Of a stretch of 64,000 bases of DNA, positions 29,570-39,550 are shown piece after piece. The position numbers and the translations under genes were made by a program. The stretch is from NCBI GenBank assembly GCA_031391665.1, contig JANMUN010000153.1; one strand, written 5' to 3'. The stretch is from Ferruginibacter sp. GTDB lineage: Bacteria > Bacteroidota > Bacteroidia > Chitinophagales > Chitinophagaceae. Each line of letters begins with the position of its first letter. Position 1 is the first letter of the stretch. The notes beneath the pieces are model-generated. The model made no database searches. It worked only from the letters and a program-made list of their open reading frames with translations, and was not told where the DNA came from.

Positions 29570-29637
29570 TGTCAGCCTGAGCTTGTCGAAGGCGGCGGGT
29601 TGACCATTGCACCAGTTTCGACAAGCTCAACCTGACA
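29570..29637. repeat. Palindromic REP-like element (gtcagcctgagcttgtcgaa family)
   Basis: 21-nt arms tgtcagcctgagcttgtcgaa / ttcgacaagctcaacctgaca (2 mismatches) around a 26-nt loop. Confidence 0.75.
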
Positions 29638-29707
29638 TTTTTAATCGTTTAGATTCAATGTCTAACTGGTCTAACCAGTCGTAAAAAAAGAAAAATATTT
29701 ATCCAAT

Positions 29708-29740
29708 AAAAAACCGCCTCAATTTTTGAGGCGGTTTTAA
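29708..29740. terminator. Bidirectional terminator hairpin
   Basis: aaaaccgcctca-attttt-gaggcggtttt lies between the Usp gene (+) and the large T9SS gene (-). Confidence 0.7.
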
Positions 29741-29756
29741 TTTTTAAAAAATACTT

Positions 29757-32700
29757 TTAATTTTTAATGATCTTGTCTGTGTACAATACTTTACCATCAG
29801 TAGAGGTGATTTTTACAAAATACACACCAGCTGTTAGCCTTTGTAAATCTAAAGTTGTAAACATGTCAGTAATCTGCTGGCTGTAAACAGTTTTACCACT
29901 AGCATCATACATCATTAAATTTTTCTGGCTGTTATCTCCAACCATATAAATACTTAACTTTTCCGTAACAGGGTTAGGGAAAAGTTTTACTTTAATGTCA
30001 GGCTGAGCAGCAGGTAATTCCTGTATGCTGGCAGTACCTAACTGTACTTTTAAAGTATAACAGGTTGTTGCACTCTTAGCACCATTGTAACCATACACAT
30101 GCACATAGTAAGTGCCTGCAGTATAAGTTCTGCTAATAGTTTCGCTTGTAGTGCCACCGGCTTGCGAAATAGCTAACTGTGTTGTACCATTACTGCTGTA
30201 CAGTTTAACATCATAATCAAAAGGCAGTGTGGTTAAAGTAATAGTAGCAGTGCCGCCTGTTGTAATTACAAATTTGTAATAATCATTATCGCCTGTTGGG
30301 CTAATTAATCCTTTAGTATCTGTATTAAAAGGAATAGTTGCCGCTCCGGCAGCAGTGCCATTTGTACTAACATCTAGCGGTCCGGGGCAGGTGTTTACTG
30401 CGCCTGTTGTAAACTGTGCCTGAGTATAAGCACTGGTTAATCCGACAGCAGTACAATTTGCCCTAACCCTCAAGTCGTATAAGGAAGATGCAGTTAAACC
30501 GCTTAATGCGACAGAAGTTGAAGCGGTTGCAGTGGCCGCATTTGTCCATGTGCCTGATGAGTTTAATTTATAATCTACATCATAATTTGCGGCGCCGCTA
30601 ACAGCAGTCCAGCTAACAGTAGCACTGCTTGATGTTATTGCACTGGAAGTTAAACCAGCTGGTGCATTACAGGAAGGTGGAGCCGAAGTTGTAAACTGAA
30701 CTTGTGAGTAAGTACTGTTTAATCCTATAGCTGTACAATTTGCCCTAACCCTCCAGTCGTATAAAGTTGATGCAGTTAAACCACTTAAAGCAACTGATAA
30801 GTTTGTTGTTGCAGTAGCAGCATTTGTCCAAGTGCCTGATGAATTTAATTTATAATCCACATCATAATCAGCGGCACCACTAACAGCAGTCCAGCTAACG
30901 GTAGCACTGGTAGATGTTATTGCACTTGTTGCCAAACCCGTTGGTGCAGTACAGGTGGGTGCAGATGCTGTGGTAAATTGCGCCTGTGCATATGCACCTG
31001 TTGCGCCTGTACAGTTTGCCCTAACCCTGTAATCGTATAACGAAGCTGCAGTTAAACTACTTAATGCAACTGATAAGTTTGTGGTTGCCGTAGCAGCATT
31101 AATCCATGTACCGGAAGAATTTAATTTATAATCAACATCATAATTTAAAGCACCGCTTAATGCTGTCCAGCTAACCGTTGCACTGGTTGTTGTAATTGAC
31201 GACGCAGCTAAACCGGTAACTGTACCGCAAGATGGTGCTGCACCAATAATTGTGGTAAATACTCCTCTGCCATGTGTTGCGGCAGAAAGTAAACCATCAC
31301 TCGCCCTGTATTGCAACATATCGGTACGCACATTAGGAAAACCCGTTTCAGGGTTCCATGCAGTTGAGGCACCATTAATTAAATCTGTTTGCCAAATACC
31401 TGTTTCGGTAGCAATAATTGCTTTTGTATTACTGCCGGGGTAAAACATTGCCCAGCGTACAGGCATATCCGGTAAATTGCCATCAATTGCTGTCCATGTG
31501 GTACCGCCGTTACTGGTTACCCAAACATTATTAACACCGTAGTTAGAATACACTACAATAATATTTTGTTCATCACTGCCCAATTCAATACACGAAATTC
31601 TTGCACTTGCAGTGGTCATTCCTGCTCCAATAATATTAGTAAACACCGGAGTAGCATTAGCAGCAGTGGCTTTAATTATTGAAGGTGTAATACCGCTTCC
31701 GCCGCCGCCAAAATACACCGTATGATTGGTATAAGGCGAAACTTTTAGGGCAGTTACTTTTCCGGAACTTAACCCACTCATTGTTACAGCAGTAAATGTG
31801 CTGCCTGTTTGAGGATTGCTCCAGCGAACAAACGTGTTGGCATTACCACTGCAGTACATAATATTATTTACGTCATCATAATCAGTAGGATTAATAAACT
31901 GGCCTGCTGTAGAAGAATAATTTACCGACGTCCACGTAGAGCCACTGTTAGTACTTCTTCTGTATTGATTGTAAACATAAGAACCCCATTGGTATTGTCC
32001 CTGGTTTTGATCAATATGTACAAAAGCACCATCGCCACCGGTAACTTCTACCGAAGCTCCCATGCCAGCTGTATTTAATTGATGTACGCCATTATCCTGT
32101 GCGCCTGCTAAAAAATAATTGGTTGACGTAGGGTGATTAGCTATTGCATAAAATTGTTTGATACGTAAACCCTGGTTGCGGTCAGTAATAGTTGTACCAC
32201 CATTTGCTGAATAATGCACACCGCCATCGCAACCAAATAATACCTGGTTGTTGCTGCGCCATGTAATTATTTGCTGATCGGCATGTACATACTGGCCTGT
32301 TGTGCCCACCCATTCACTTATTTTTGTCCATGAAGTACCGCCGTTTGTTGTTTTATAACAGTCAAGGCTGCCCACAATTACATTATTGGCATTGTTAGGG
32401 TCAACTGCAACTGCCATACAATACCATGCCTGTCCGCTGGTAAATGCAGGTGTTGCGCCGGTTGCTGCCCAGTTAGCACCACCATTTGTAGATTTATAAA
32501 TAGTTGTAACACCAAATGCTGAGTTGGAGGGTAAAGCATATAAAGTATTTCCATTGCTGGCAAGATCAACATTATATTGTACTGGTGAAAATGAAACAGC
32601 AGCAGATGTCCAGGTTCCGCTGGTAACAGTTGAGGGGTTGTCAGTATAACGGTAACCTGCACTGCCTGCTGCTGTATTATAATATCCGCAGGTGACATGC

Positions 32701-33509
32701 AGTCTTCCAGTGGTGCTAAGTTCAATATCTGGTACTCTTGGGTCAAGGCCCGATGGTGTAATATTCGTCCAGGTGGCAGTAGCTTTTGTGTAACGCTGCA
32801 AACCCGATGTGTTAGAAATAGAATTACAACCAACATATAAATTACCGCTGGCATCGCAAATCACTTTACTTACATTCCAAAAATTTGCCGTGCCGGGCAT
32901 TACACTCCAGTTAACACCATGGTCGGTACTCATCCAAATGCCTGCGCCTCTTACTGCATCGGCATTAATGGCTTTTTCGCCTGTACCAAAATACATAATG
33001 TTTACATTGGTAGGGTCCTGGCAAATACTTGCAACAGCAAGGTTTCCAAAAAAATCATTAATAGGTGTCCATGTTGCAGGGTTAAGTGTGATGTCATTTG
33101 TCTTCCAAAGGCCGCCATCAATACCACCAACCCAAACGGTTTTACCGGTAGCATCACCCAGGTCTTCCCAAATGGCTCTTACCCTGCCTGATGTTTTACC
33201 ATTGCCTGGCCTGGTGTTACCATTACTTGCGCCAACAGCATCACTGTTAGGGCCACGTTCCTGCCATGTAAATGGCGCCATAATATTTAAGGCATTAATT
33301 CTGTCCACCCTGCTCTTTCTAATTTGATAGGCATCAACTAATCTGTCTTTGGGTACATAGCCCAGCCTGGGGTCTTTTGTAATGTCTATTTCGTATTGTA
33401 ATCTTTGAGAAATACCCGCCTGATTTTCTGTAACCTGCTCCACCTGTGTAAATGCAGTTGCAGCAAAAAAAGTGAGTAAGAAAGAAAAAATAATTTTCAG
33501 TTTAGTCAT
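29757..33509 (-). CDS. Large secreted T9SS cargo: BNR/Asp-box beta-propeller(s), 3x fibronectin type III, PPC-like domain, T9SS C-terminal sorting domain
   Basis: Signal peptide. Multiple Asp-boxes (STDHGVNW, STNGGANW, TTNGGTSW, STNSGSTW, TSNGGTTW). Three ~94-aa FN3 units (SATVSWTAVSGA.NYDVDYK...YD.RVRANC). The C-terminus LFPNPVTEKLSI...GVYFVKITSTDGKV is a type A sorting domain. Confidence 0.85.
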   Translation of the reverse strand: MTKLKIIFSFLLTFFAATAFTQVEQVTENQAGISQRLQYEIDITKDPRLGYVPKDRLVDAYQIRKSRVDRINALNIMAPFTWQERGPNSDAVGASNGNTRPGNGKTSGRVRAIWEDLGDATGKTVWVGGIDGGLWKTNDITLNPATWTPINDFFGNLAVASICQDPTNVNIMYFGTGEKAINADAVRGAGIWMSTDHGVNWSVMPGTANFWNVSKVICDASGNLYVGCNSISNTSGLQRYTKATATWTNITPSGLDPRVPDIELSTTGRLHVTCGYYNTAAGSAGYRYTDNPSTVTSGTWTSAAVSFSPVQYNVDLASNGNTLYALPSNSAFGVTTIYKSTNGGANWAATGATPAFTSGQAWYCMAVAVDPNNANNVIVGSLDCYKTTNGGTSWTKISEWVGTTGQYVHADQQIITWRSNNQVLFGCDGGVHYSANGGTTITDRNQGLRIKQFYAIANHPTSTNYFLAGAQDNGVHQLNTAGMGASVEVTGGDGAFVHIDQNQGQYQWGSYVYNQYRRSTNSGSTWTSVNYSSTAGQFINPTDYDDVNNIMYCSGNANTFVRWSNPQTGSTFTAVTMSGLSSGKVTALKVSPYTNHTVYFGGGGSGITPSIIKATAANATPVFTNIIGAGMTTASARISCIELGSDEQNIIVVYSNYGVNNVWVTSNGGTTWTAIDGNLPDMPVRWAMFYPGSNTKAIIATETGIWQTDLINGASTAWNPETGFPNVRTDMLQYRASDGLLSAATHGRGVFTTIIGAAPSCGTVTGLAASSITTTSATVSWTALSGALNYDVDYKLNSSGTWINAATATTNLSVALSSLTAASLYDYRVRANCTGATGAYAQAQFTTASAPTCTAPTGLATSAITSTSATVSWTAVSGAADYDVDYKLNSSGTWTNAATATTNLSVALSGLTASTLYDWRVRANCTAIGLNSTYSQVQFTTSAPPSCNAPAGLTSSAITSSSATVSWTAVSGAANYDVDYKLNSSGTWTNAATATASTSVALSGLTASSLYDLRVRANCTAVGLTSAYTQAQFTTGAVNTCPGPLDVSTNGTAAGAATIPFNTDTKGLISPTGDNDYYKFVITTGGTATITLTTLPFDYDVKLYSSNGTTQLAISQAGGTTSETISRTYTAGTYYVHVYGYNGAKSATTCYTLKVQLGTASIQELPAAQPDIKVKLFPNPVTEKLSIYMVGDNSQKNLMMYDASGKTVYSQQITDMFTTLDLQRLTAGVYFVKITSTDGKVLYTDKIIKN

Positions 33510-33833
33510 AACAATAGTTTTAGTGTAGTAAATAGCAAAATCAAATATAATTTTTTTGATTCAAATTAAAAAGGGTAACCTACGCAGTATTTTAACGATG
33601 TGTACAACTAAGCATTGAGTAAAAAATAAAAATCCCACAGCAAGGGCTATGGGAAAAGGATAAGAGTTAGTGGTTAATAGTTACTAACGGTTTATTGCTG
33701 GAGTAGAAATATGATCAGTAATTTCAAATTTAAAAAAATGGGGGCTGGATGGAAATCCTGCCCCGTTTAAAATCCAATATCCTATGAAAAACCGATGTAA
33801 ATATCGGTAAGCCTGTATAACTGTAGAGGGCAA

Positions 33834-33885
33834 AGTAGATAAACCATGGCTTTTAGTAGATAAATGAAGGTTGTGAGTAGATAAA
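33834..33885 (+). promoter_or_regulatory. Three exact AGTAGATAAA direct repeats at 21-bp periodicity (putative LytTR operator)
   Basis: The 10-mers start at 33834, 33855 and 33876. The last ends 42 bp before the ATG of the LytTR response regulator. Confidence 0.55.
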
Positions 33886-33927
33886 CGTTTAAAATCAAGC
33901 TAAAAAGGATTAATTTTAAACCTGAAT

Positions 33928-34671
33928 ATGTCTCTTATACTTACCTACATACTTGCCGACGACGACGAGATTTACAGGGAATATACCCTGCAGCAATTAA
34001 ACAGCGTACCCGGCCTGCAATGCCTTTCGGTTTGCGAAAATGCTTTAATAACAAGGGAGCAATTGCAACATCATCAACCCGATTTATTAGTGCTGGATGT
34101 GGAGATGCCGGACCTTACAGGCATACAGCTTGCTAAAAGTATTAAGCAACTGCCCTTTACAATATTTATCACCTCTCACCCAAATTATGCAGCCGATGCT
34201 TTTGAACTGGATGCAGTAGATTATTTGGTAAAGCCAGTGCAAACAGAAAGGTTGCTTAGGGCTATTGATAAAGTAAGAGTGCTTGCCGGCATAAAAGCAA
34301 ACACATCTGCTGCCGAAGCTTTTCAGCAAAAAGATGAAGAATCTTTTTTTATAAAAGATAAAAATGCTTTTTTAAGAATTGCATATACCGATGTGCTGTA
34401 TGCAGAATCACTGGGCGATTTTGTAAATATTTTTTTACAAAATGGCGAAAAGAAAATTGCATTGGTAAGTATGAAAAATTTAGAACAGCAATTGCCACAG
34501 CAAATTTTTATACGTATTAGCCGCACTCATTTAATTAACAGACAAAAAGTTACCGCAGTAGAAAATGATTTTGTCCATATTGGAAAAATGCAATTGCCCA
34601 TTGGTAAAACTTATGCCGAAACTATTATAAATAGTATTGTGGGCAATCAGGCAATTAAACGTTTTATTTAA
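33928..34671 (+). CDS. LytR/AlgR-family response regulator (REC + LytTR DNA-binding domain)
   Basis: REC acidic pocket (DDDE...DLLVLDVEMPD, ...VDYLVKP). The C-terminal LytTR has I.Y.ES.G....I......K......L..LE..LP...F.RI.R..LIN. Confidence 0.9.
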   Translation: MSLILTYILADDDEIYREYTLQQLNSVPGLQCLSVCENALITREQLQHHQPDLLVLDVEMPDLTGIQLAKSIKQLPFTIFITSHPNYAADAFELDAVDYLVKPVQTERLLRAIDKVRVLAGIKANTSAAEAFQQKDEESFFIKDKNAFLRIAYTDVLYAESLGDFVNIFLQNGEKKIALVSMKNLEQQLPQQIFIRISRTHLINRQKVTAVENDFVHIGKMQLPIGKTYAETIINSIVGNQAIKRFI

Positions 34672-34691
34672 CCCTTTCTTTTTTTATTAAG

Positions 34692-36569
34692 ATGAAAAAT
34701 ATCTTTCTTTTTTTATCATTATTGTTTTGTACAACTTTATTTAGCCAGGTAAACAAAGAAGTGGACAGCCTGCTCAAAGCATTAGATACCGAAATACAGG
34801 ACAGCAATAAATTACGAACACTAAACCGTATTGGCAATTATTATATTGATAACAATCCTTCAAAAGCGCTGGAATATTTTGAACGTTCGGCAGCACTTGC
34901 AAAAAAAAACAATAATACTTTACGGTTGGGCAATGCTTATTATGATATAGGCTTTTGTTATTTACTTAAAAATGATTTTGATAAATCGTTAGATCGCTAT
35001 CAGCAAAGCGCAAAAATTTATGAGCAGTTAAAAGATAACCGGCGTTTAACCAATGCGTATATGTCTATCGGAAATGTTTTTTTTCAAAGTAAAACACTTA
35101 ATAAGGCAAATGAATATTATGATAAAGCCGAGCAGATTGTAGAACAATCGAAAGACAGCGGGCAGCTTGCATCGCTTTATGCACAAAGAGGTACAATGTA
35201 TGATCAAACACAACAGTACGACTCTGCATTATTGTATTTGCAAAAAAGTATGGCTATAGCAAAACTTATTAATGATGATTATATGGTTACCACCGGCCTT
35301 AGTAATATGGGGCTTACTTACAAACATAAAAAAAATACTGCCCTTGCCTTGCAATATTTTGATACAGTATTAAAAAAATATGCGGCAATGGCTGAGCCGC
35401 CAATTGATAACCTTGCTGTAATCTATAATAATATTGGTGCCACACAATCGCAGGCAGGTAATTATACAAAAGCAATTGAAGCTTTTAATAAAAGTATTGC
35501 TTATTGTTTGCAGGAAGGCCTTACAGGTATTACAATGGAAAATTACCGCAACATGGCAGACATGTATGCCGGTATGAAAGATTACCGGCAGCAAAGTATT
35601 TATCTTGAAAAATATTATCATCTTAAAGACAGCATTTTTAGCAACGATAATAAAAATCAGTTAACGCAGTTAGAAACCGATTACCAGTTAGAGAAAAAAA
35701 ATATCAGTTTGGTAAAGGAACAATCAGAAACGGCAAAGCAAAAAAATCAGCGCAATATTTTTATCATTGTTGCCATTGGTGCTGCAGTATTGCTTGCAGC
35801 ACTGGCTTTTTTTTTCCTCCGTATAAAACAAAATAATATTTTACTGCAGGATAAAAATACCCAGATTAATAAACAGAAAGATGAACTACAAACATTGAAT
35901 CATGTAAAAGACAGGTTGTTTTCTGTAATAAGCCACGATTTTCGTAACCCGCTGGTAACACTTAAAAGTTATCTTTCGCTGGCGGATAGCCCCAATTTAA
36001 CAGCTGAGAAAAAAGATAAATTTAAAAGTCAAACGGTGCAGGCTGTTAGCCAAACCAGCGATATGCTCGATAATTTATTGGTATGGGCCAATATGCAAAT
36101 TAAAAATACCAGGCCGGCCATAACTAATGTGAATGTAGAAGATTGTATTGATGATGCCATTGGTGCAGCAACGGCGCAGGCAATGCAAAAAAATATTCAA
36201 ATCAAAAAAGATATTCAAATAACCAGCGCTGCAGCCGACAGTAATATTGTAGAAATAGCGCTTAGAAATATTATTACCAATGCTGTAAAATACAGCCATG
36301 CCAACAGCGAAATTTTAGTGAGCACAGCTGCTCACGAACAGCAAATTTATATTACCGTAAAAGATGAAGGCATTGGTATGAGTAAAGAGCAGATAGAAGA
36401 TTTACTGCAAAACGATGCCGAAAGTACAGCCGGTACGCAAGGTGAAAAAGGCAGCGGCCTTGGATTATTTTTGGTAAAAGAATTATTACAAAAAATAAAT
36501 GCTGTATTGGTAATTGAAAGCGAAGAAGGAAAAGGGAGCAGTTTTATAATTAAGCTTGATCAGCAGTAA
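34692..36569 (+). CDS. TPR-repeat sensor histidine kinase
   Basis: Signal/TM helix, about 7 TPR-like repeats, a TM helix (IFIIVAIGAAVLLAALAFFFL), H-box FSVISHDFRNPL, N-box NAVKYS, and G-boxes DEGIGM and GSGLGL. Confidence 0.85.
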   Translation: MKNIFLFLSLLFCTTLFSQVNKEVDSLLKALDTEIQDSNKLRTLNRIGNYYIDNNPSKALEYFERSAALAKKNNNTLRLGNAYYDIGFCYLLKNDFDKSLDRYQQSAKIYEQLKDNRRLTNAYMSIGNVFFQSKTLNKANEYYDKAEQIVEQSKDSGQLASLYAQRGTMYDQTQQYDSALLYLQKSMAIAKLINDDYMVTTGLSNMGLTYKHKKNTALALQYFDTVLKKYAAMAEPPIDNLAVIYNNIGATQSQAGNYTKAIEAFNKSIAYCLQEGLTGITMENYRNMADMYAGMKDYRQQSIYLEKYYHLKDSIFSNDNKNQLTQLETDYQLEKKNISLVKEQSETAKQKNQRNIFIIVAIGAAVLLAALAFFFLRIKQNNILLQDKNTQINKQKDELQTLNHVKDRLFSVISHDFRNPLVTLKSYLSLADSPNLTAEKKDKFKSQTVQAVSQTSDMLDNLLVWANMQIKNTRPAITNVNVEDCIDDAIGAATAQAMQKNIQIKKDIQITSAAADSNIVEIALRNIITNAVKYSHANSEILVSTAAHEQQIYITVKDEGIGMSKEQIEDLLQNDAESTAGTQGEKGSGLGLFLVKELLQKINAVLVIESEEGKGSSFIIKLDQQ

Positions 36570-36884
36570 TAAAAATAAATTTATTGTATAAATAAAAAAG
36601 GGACCAGGATAAAAATCCAGCCCCTTTAAATTCACTTTCCTAAAAAAACCTTTTCCCTTTGAAACCGCTGTAAAGATAATACCCACTTTTAATTTATGTG
36701 TTACATCATTTCGGCTTTAATTTATATAATTCACACTTTTTTTATTAAACTTTTTTAAAAAGATTATTTATTGCAAAATAAATATTGAGGTAATGGAATT
36801 GAATACTCTTAGTTAATAAAATAGAAAAAATATTTTTTTGCATATTGTTTTTATTTAGACAATCAGTTGGGTATTTAAATAAGT

Positions 36885-37568
36885 TTATGCTTTTTTTGCT
36901 CCAGCAAGAATGTCTTTTACTTCAAGAATATTCTTTTCATAACCTTTTAGGGTAACGTTAATCATTGCGTGCCCCAGCTCTTTTAAACTGCAAATATATT
37001 TTGGTGCAGTAAATTTTATTACTGGCAATAACCAACCTAAATAGTTATAAAATTTCAACGTGTTTTTTAAACCTTTAGTTGGTTGTAAAATACCCGGCCT
37101 GAAATTATATACTTTTTTAAAAGGCAGTTTCAGTAGATCATTTTCTGTTTTGCCTTTAATCCTTGCCCACATTTGTCTGCCTTTTTCCGTACTGTCGGTT
37201 CCTGCTCCTGAAATATAACAAAAAGTCATTTGCGGATTTAGGTTGCTCAATACTTTTGCCACATACATTGTTAAGGTGTACGTTTTTTCAAAAAATTCCG
37301 GTTCTTTCATACCAACAGATGAAACACCTAAACAAAACAAGCAGGCATTATAATTTATCAACTCATTTTTTACAGGCGATAAGTTGGTAAAATCGGCATG
37401 AATAATCTCTTTTAATTTTTGGTGTGTTACGCCACAGGGCTTTCTGTTAATCACTAAAACCTTTTCTACTGCATCATTTTGTAAAGCCTCGTGCAGTACA
37501 CCTTCACCCACCATGCCGGTGGCGCCGGTAAGTATCAGCTGTAATTTTTGTGTAGGTTGATCTTGCAT
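36885..37568 (-). CDS. NAD(P)H-binding atypical SDR (TIP30/HTATIP2-like oxidoreductase)
   Basis: N-terminal Rossmann motif LTGATGMVGEGVL; about 227 aa. Confidence 0.7.
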   Translation of the reverse strand: MQDQPTQKLQLILTGATGMVGEGVLHEALQNDAVEKVLVINRKPCGVTHQKLKEIIHADFTNLSPVKNELINYNACLFCLGVSSVGMKEPEFFEKTYTLTMYVAKVLSNLNPQMTFCYISGAGTDSTEKGRQMWARIKGKTENDLLKLPFKKVYNFRPGILQPTKGLKNTLKFYNYLGWLLPVIKFTAPKYICSLKELGHAMINVTLKGYEKNILEVKDILAGAKKA

Positions 37569-37592
37569 AAGTTGTAAAATTATAAGTAAATA

Positions 37593-38585
37593 CTATTGCT
37601 GCAAATACCCCAACCGTTCCACTAACTCTTTTGGTAAAACCGGCAACTGCCTTCTGTCAATTAAAAAACTATTTAGTTGTGTAAGCTCTTTAAAAATATA
37701 ATGTTTATCCATAGCAGCTTTTAAATAACCGGCTCCGCTGCTGCCACCAGTTCCAATACGTGTACCAATCATTCGTCTTACCATATTAATGTGGCGGTTG
37801 CGCCAGTTGCCTAACTGGTTATCAATTTCTAAAAGGGTATCTAATAATTGAAAAGGTAATTCCAGCATGGGGTAACCATGATACATCATAATAAATAATG
37901 CGGCACGGCAGGCTTTGGGTGATAAATTTCTTTCAGCATTACTGTCATTAAAAACGGTGGTGAAAAATTCAGCATTATTTTTTTCTGCTTCGGCCAAACT
38001 GTTCACATACACTTGCTGATAATTATTCCAGAATTCATTTGTAATAAAAGGCATCCTTTCTAACCAGGCATTAATTAATTCTAAAACCGATTGCCCATTT
38101 TCTGCATCTTTAATAACAGCAATATCTTTTTCTTTTAATTGAGAAGTATAATAATTTTGTCCGTGCCGCTGTTCAAATTTTAAACCCAGCTTTGCTTCAA
38201 CAATTTTAAACTGGTAACTCTGAAAGCCGGATGCAGGCCGTAACATATCCCTGAAATCTAAAAAATCCATTGGCGTCATCGTTTCCATAATATCAATCTG
38301 CTGCACCAGTACTTTTAAAATAGTAGTAACTCTTTTTAAACGGTGTACTACCGTTTGCATTTCGGGAGAATTATCATTCAGTGCAGGTTTACTCATAATA
38401 CCAATAACAGAATTTACTTCAAACAAAATTTGTTTAAACCATAATTCATACGCCTGGTGAATAATGATGAAAAGCATTTCATCATGTGCTGCAATTTTCC
38501 CTTCTTTAAAACTTTCGGGTTTTTGTGCCTCAATTATTTTATCTAATTGCAAATATTCACTGTAGTAAACTGTTTTATTTTCCAT
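37593..38585 (-). CDS. kynA: Tryptophan 2,3-dioxygenase
   Basis: YSEYLQLDKII.AQ, HDEMLFIIIHQAYELWFKQILFE, F..FR and GTGGSSG..YL motifs of TDO. Confidence 0.85.
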   Translation of the reverse strand: MENKTVYYSEYLQLDKIIEAQKPESFKEGKIAAHDEMLFIIIHQAYELWFKQILFEVNSVIGIMSKPALNDNSPEMQTVVHRLKRVTTILKVLVQQIDIMETMTPMDFLDFRDMLRPASGFQSYQFKIVEAKLGLKFEQRHGQNYYTSQLKEKDIAVIKDAENGQSVLELINAWLERMPFITNEFWNNYQQVYVNSLAEAEKNNAEFFTTVFNDSNAERNLSPKACRAALFIMMYHGYPMLELPFQLLDTLLEIDNQLGNWRNRHINMVRRMIGTRIGTGGSSGAGYLKAAMDKHYIFKELTQLNSFLIDRRQLPVLPKELVERLGYLQQ

Positions 38586-38774
38586 AACAATTTTTTTAAC
38601 TCAACAAACTTACATAAATGTACAGCGGTAAAAAATGTTTTTTAAAAAACAGCTTTTGTTAACGGCTGGTGAACAGAAATTTGCTTTAACGTTTTCTTAT
38701 CTAAACAAAAAAAATCTGGCACACTATTCAGTTACAGTATTGCAAGCAGCCACTTAAAACACTGCCCCCACAAC

Positions 38775-39440
38775 ATGAAAAAAAATTTTACTCTTGCTGT
38801 TTTCAGTTTAATAATTATCAGCAGCGCAAAAGCACAAATCAGTTACGGTGTACAAGCTGGTGTAAACATTGCCAACTGGCAGGGAGATGCACTTAACAGT
38901 CTTAACAATGTAGTTGATCTTACCAATGGGTTTATCAGCACCAAAAGCAGAACTGGGTTTAACATTGGCGGCTATGCCAGCATTCCTTTAAGTGAAAAAA
39001 TTTCTTTTGAGCCCGGTGTAATGTATTCGCAAAAAGGGTATGCCATGCAGGGAGATTTAAAAATTGATGCCCTTAAATTTTTAGGTGTTAATGCCAGTGC
39101 AAAAGTAGAATCGCATTACATTGATGTACCATTAGTTTTAAAAGCCGAAGTGGCAAAAGGGTTAAGTATTTATGCAGGCCCGCAAATTTCTTACCTGGCA
39201 AAAACTAACCTTCATATTAATACAAGTGTATTAGGCATTTCTTTGTACAATAAAAAATTAGACCTTACCGATAATTTTAACCGTGTTGATTTAGGCCTTG
39301 CCGGTGGTGTTGGTTATGCATTTGGTAATGGCTTAAACATTAAAGCCGGTTACGATTACGGACTTTCAAAATTAGATAAGAACGATAATTTTAAAGCTTA
39401 TAACCGTGTGGTAAAAGTTTCTCTTGGCTATACCTTTTAA
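38775..39440 (+). CDS. Outer-membrane beta-barrel (porin/PorT-like) protein
   Basis: Signal peptide, alternating beta-strand pattern, and C-terminal ...VKVSLGYTF aromatic terminus. Confidence 0.8.
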   Translation: MKKNFTLAVFSLIIISSAKAQISYGVQAGVNIANWQGDALNSLNNVVDLTNGFISTKSRTGFNIGGYASIPLSEKISFEPGVMYSQKGYAMQGDLKIDALKFLGVNASAKVESHYIDVPLVLKAEVAKGLSIYAGPQISYLAKTNLHINTSVLGISLYNKKLDLTDNFNRVDLGLAGGVGYAFGNGLNIKAGYDYGLSKLDKNDNFKAYNRVVKVSLGYTF

Positions 39441-39492
39441 GTGGCTATACTTTAGGTTTAAGCGGCACCTGTAAATGGGTGTCGCTTTTTTG

Positions 39493-39550
39493 CCCCCTCC
39501 GCCCCCTGAAGGGGGAACTCAGCGTCTTTATAATTGGTACTTCCTGCACT
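39493..39550. repeat. Short intergenic repeat family, copy 2
   Basis: ccccctccgccccctgaagggggaactcagcgtctttataattggtactt aligns with 307-360. Confidence 0.6.

Noticed and set aside
32378-33327. Several 90-172-aa ORFs (32378-32854 minus, 32809-33327 plus, 32919-33191 plus)
   Set aside because: All lie inside the 1250-aa T9SS protein gene in other frames or on the other strand, have odd composition, and show no motifs.
33728-33768. Hairpin ggggctggat-ggaa-atcctgcccc in the divergent region, similar to the hairpin after the histidine kinase gene (36598-36628), as possible inverted boundaries of a mobile two-component cassette
   Set aside because: The similarity is limited to a short GC-rich stem, with no extended flanking homology or target duplication. 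The right copy is adequately explained as a terminator. The left one remains unexplained, but there is too little evidence to call an element or sRNA.
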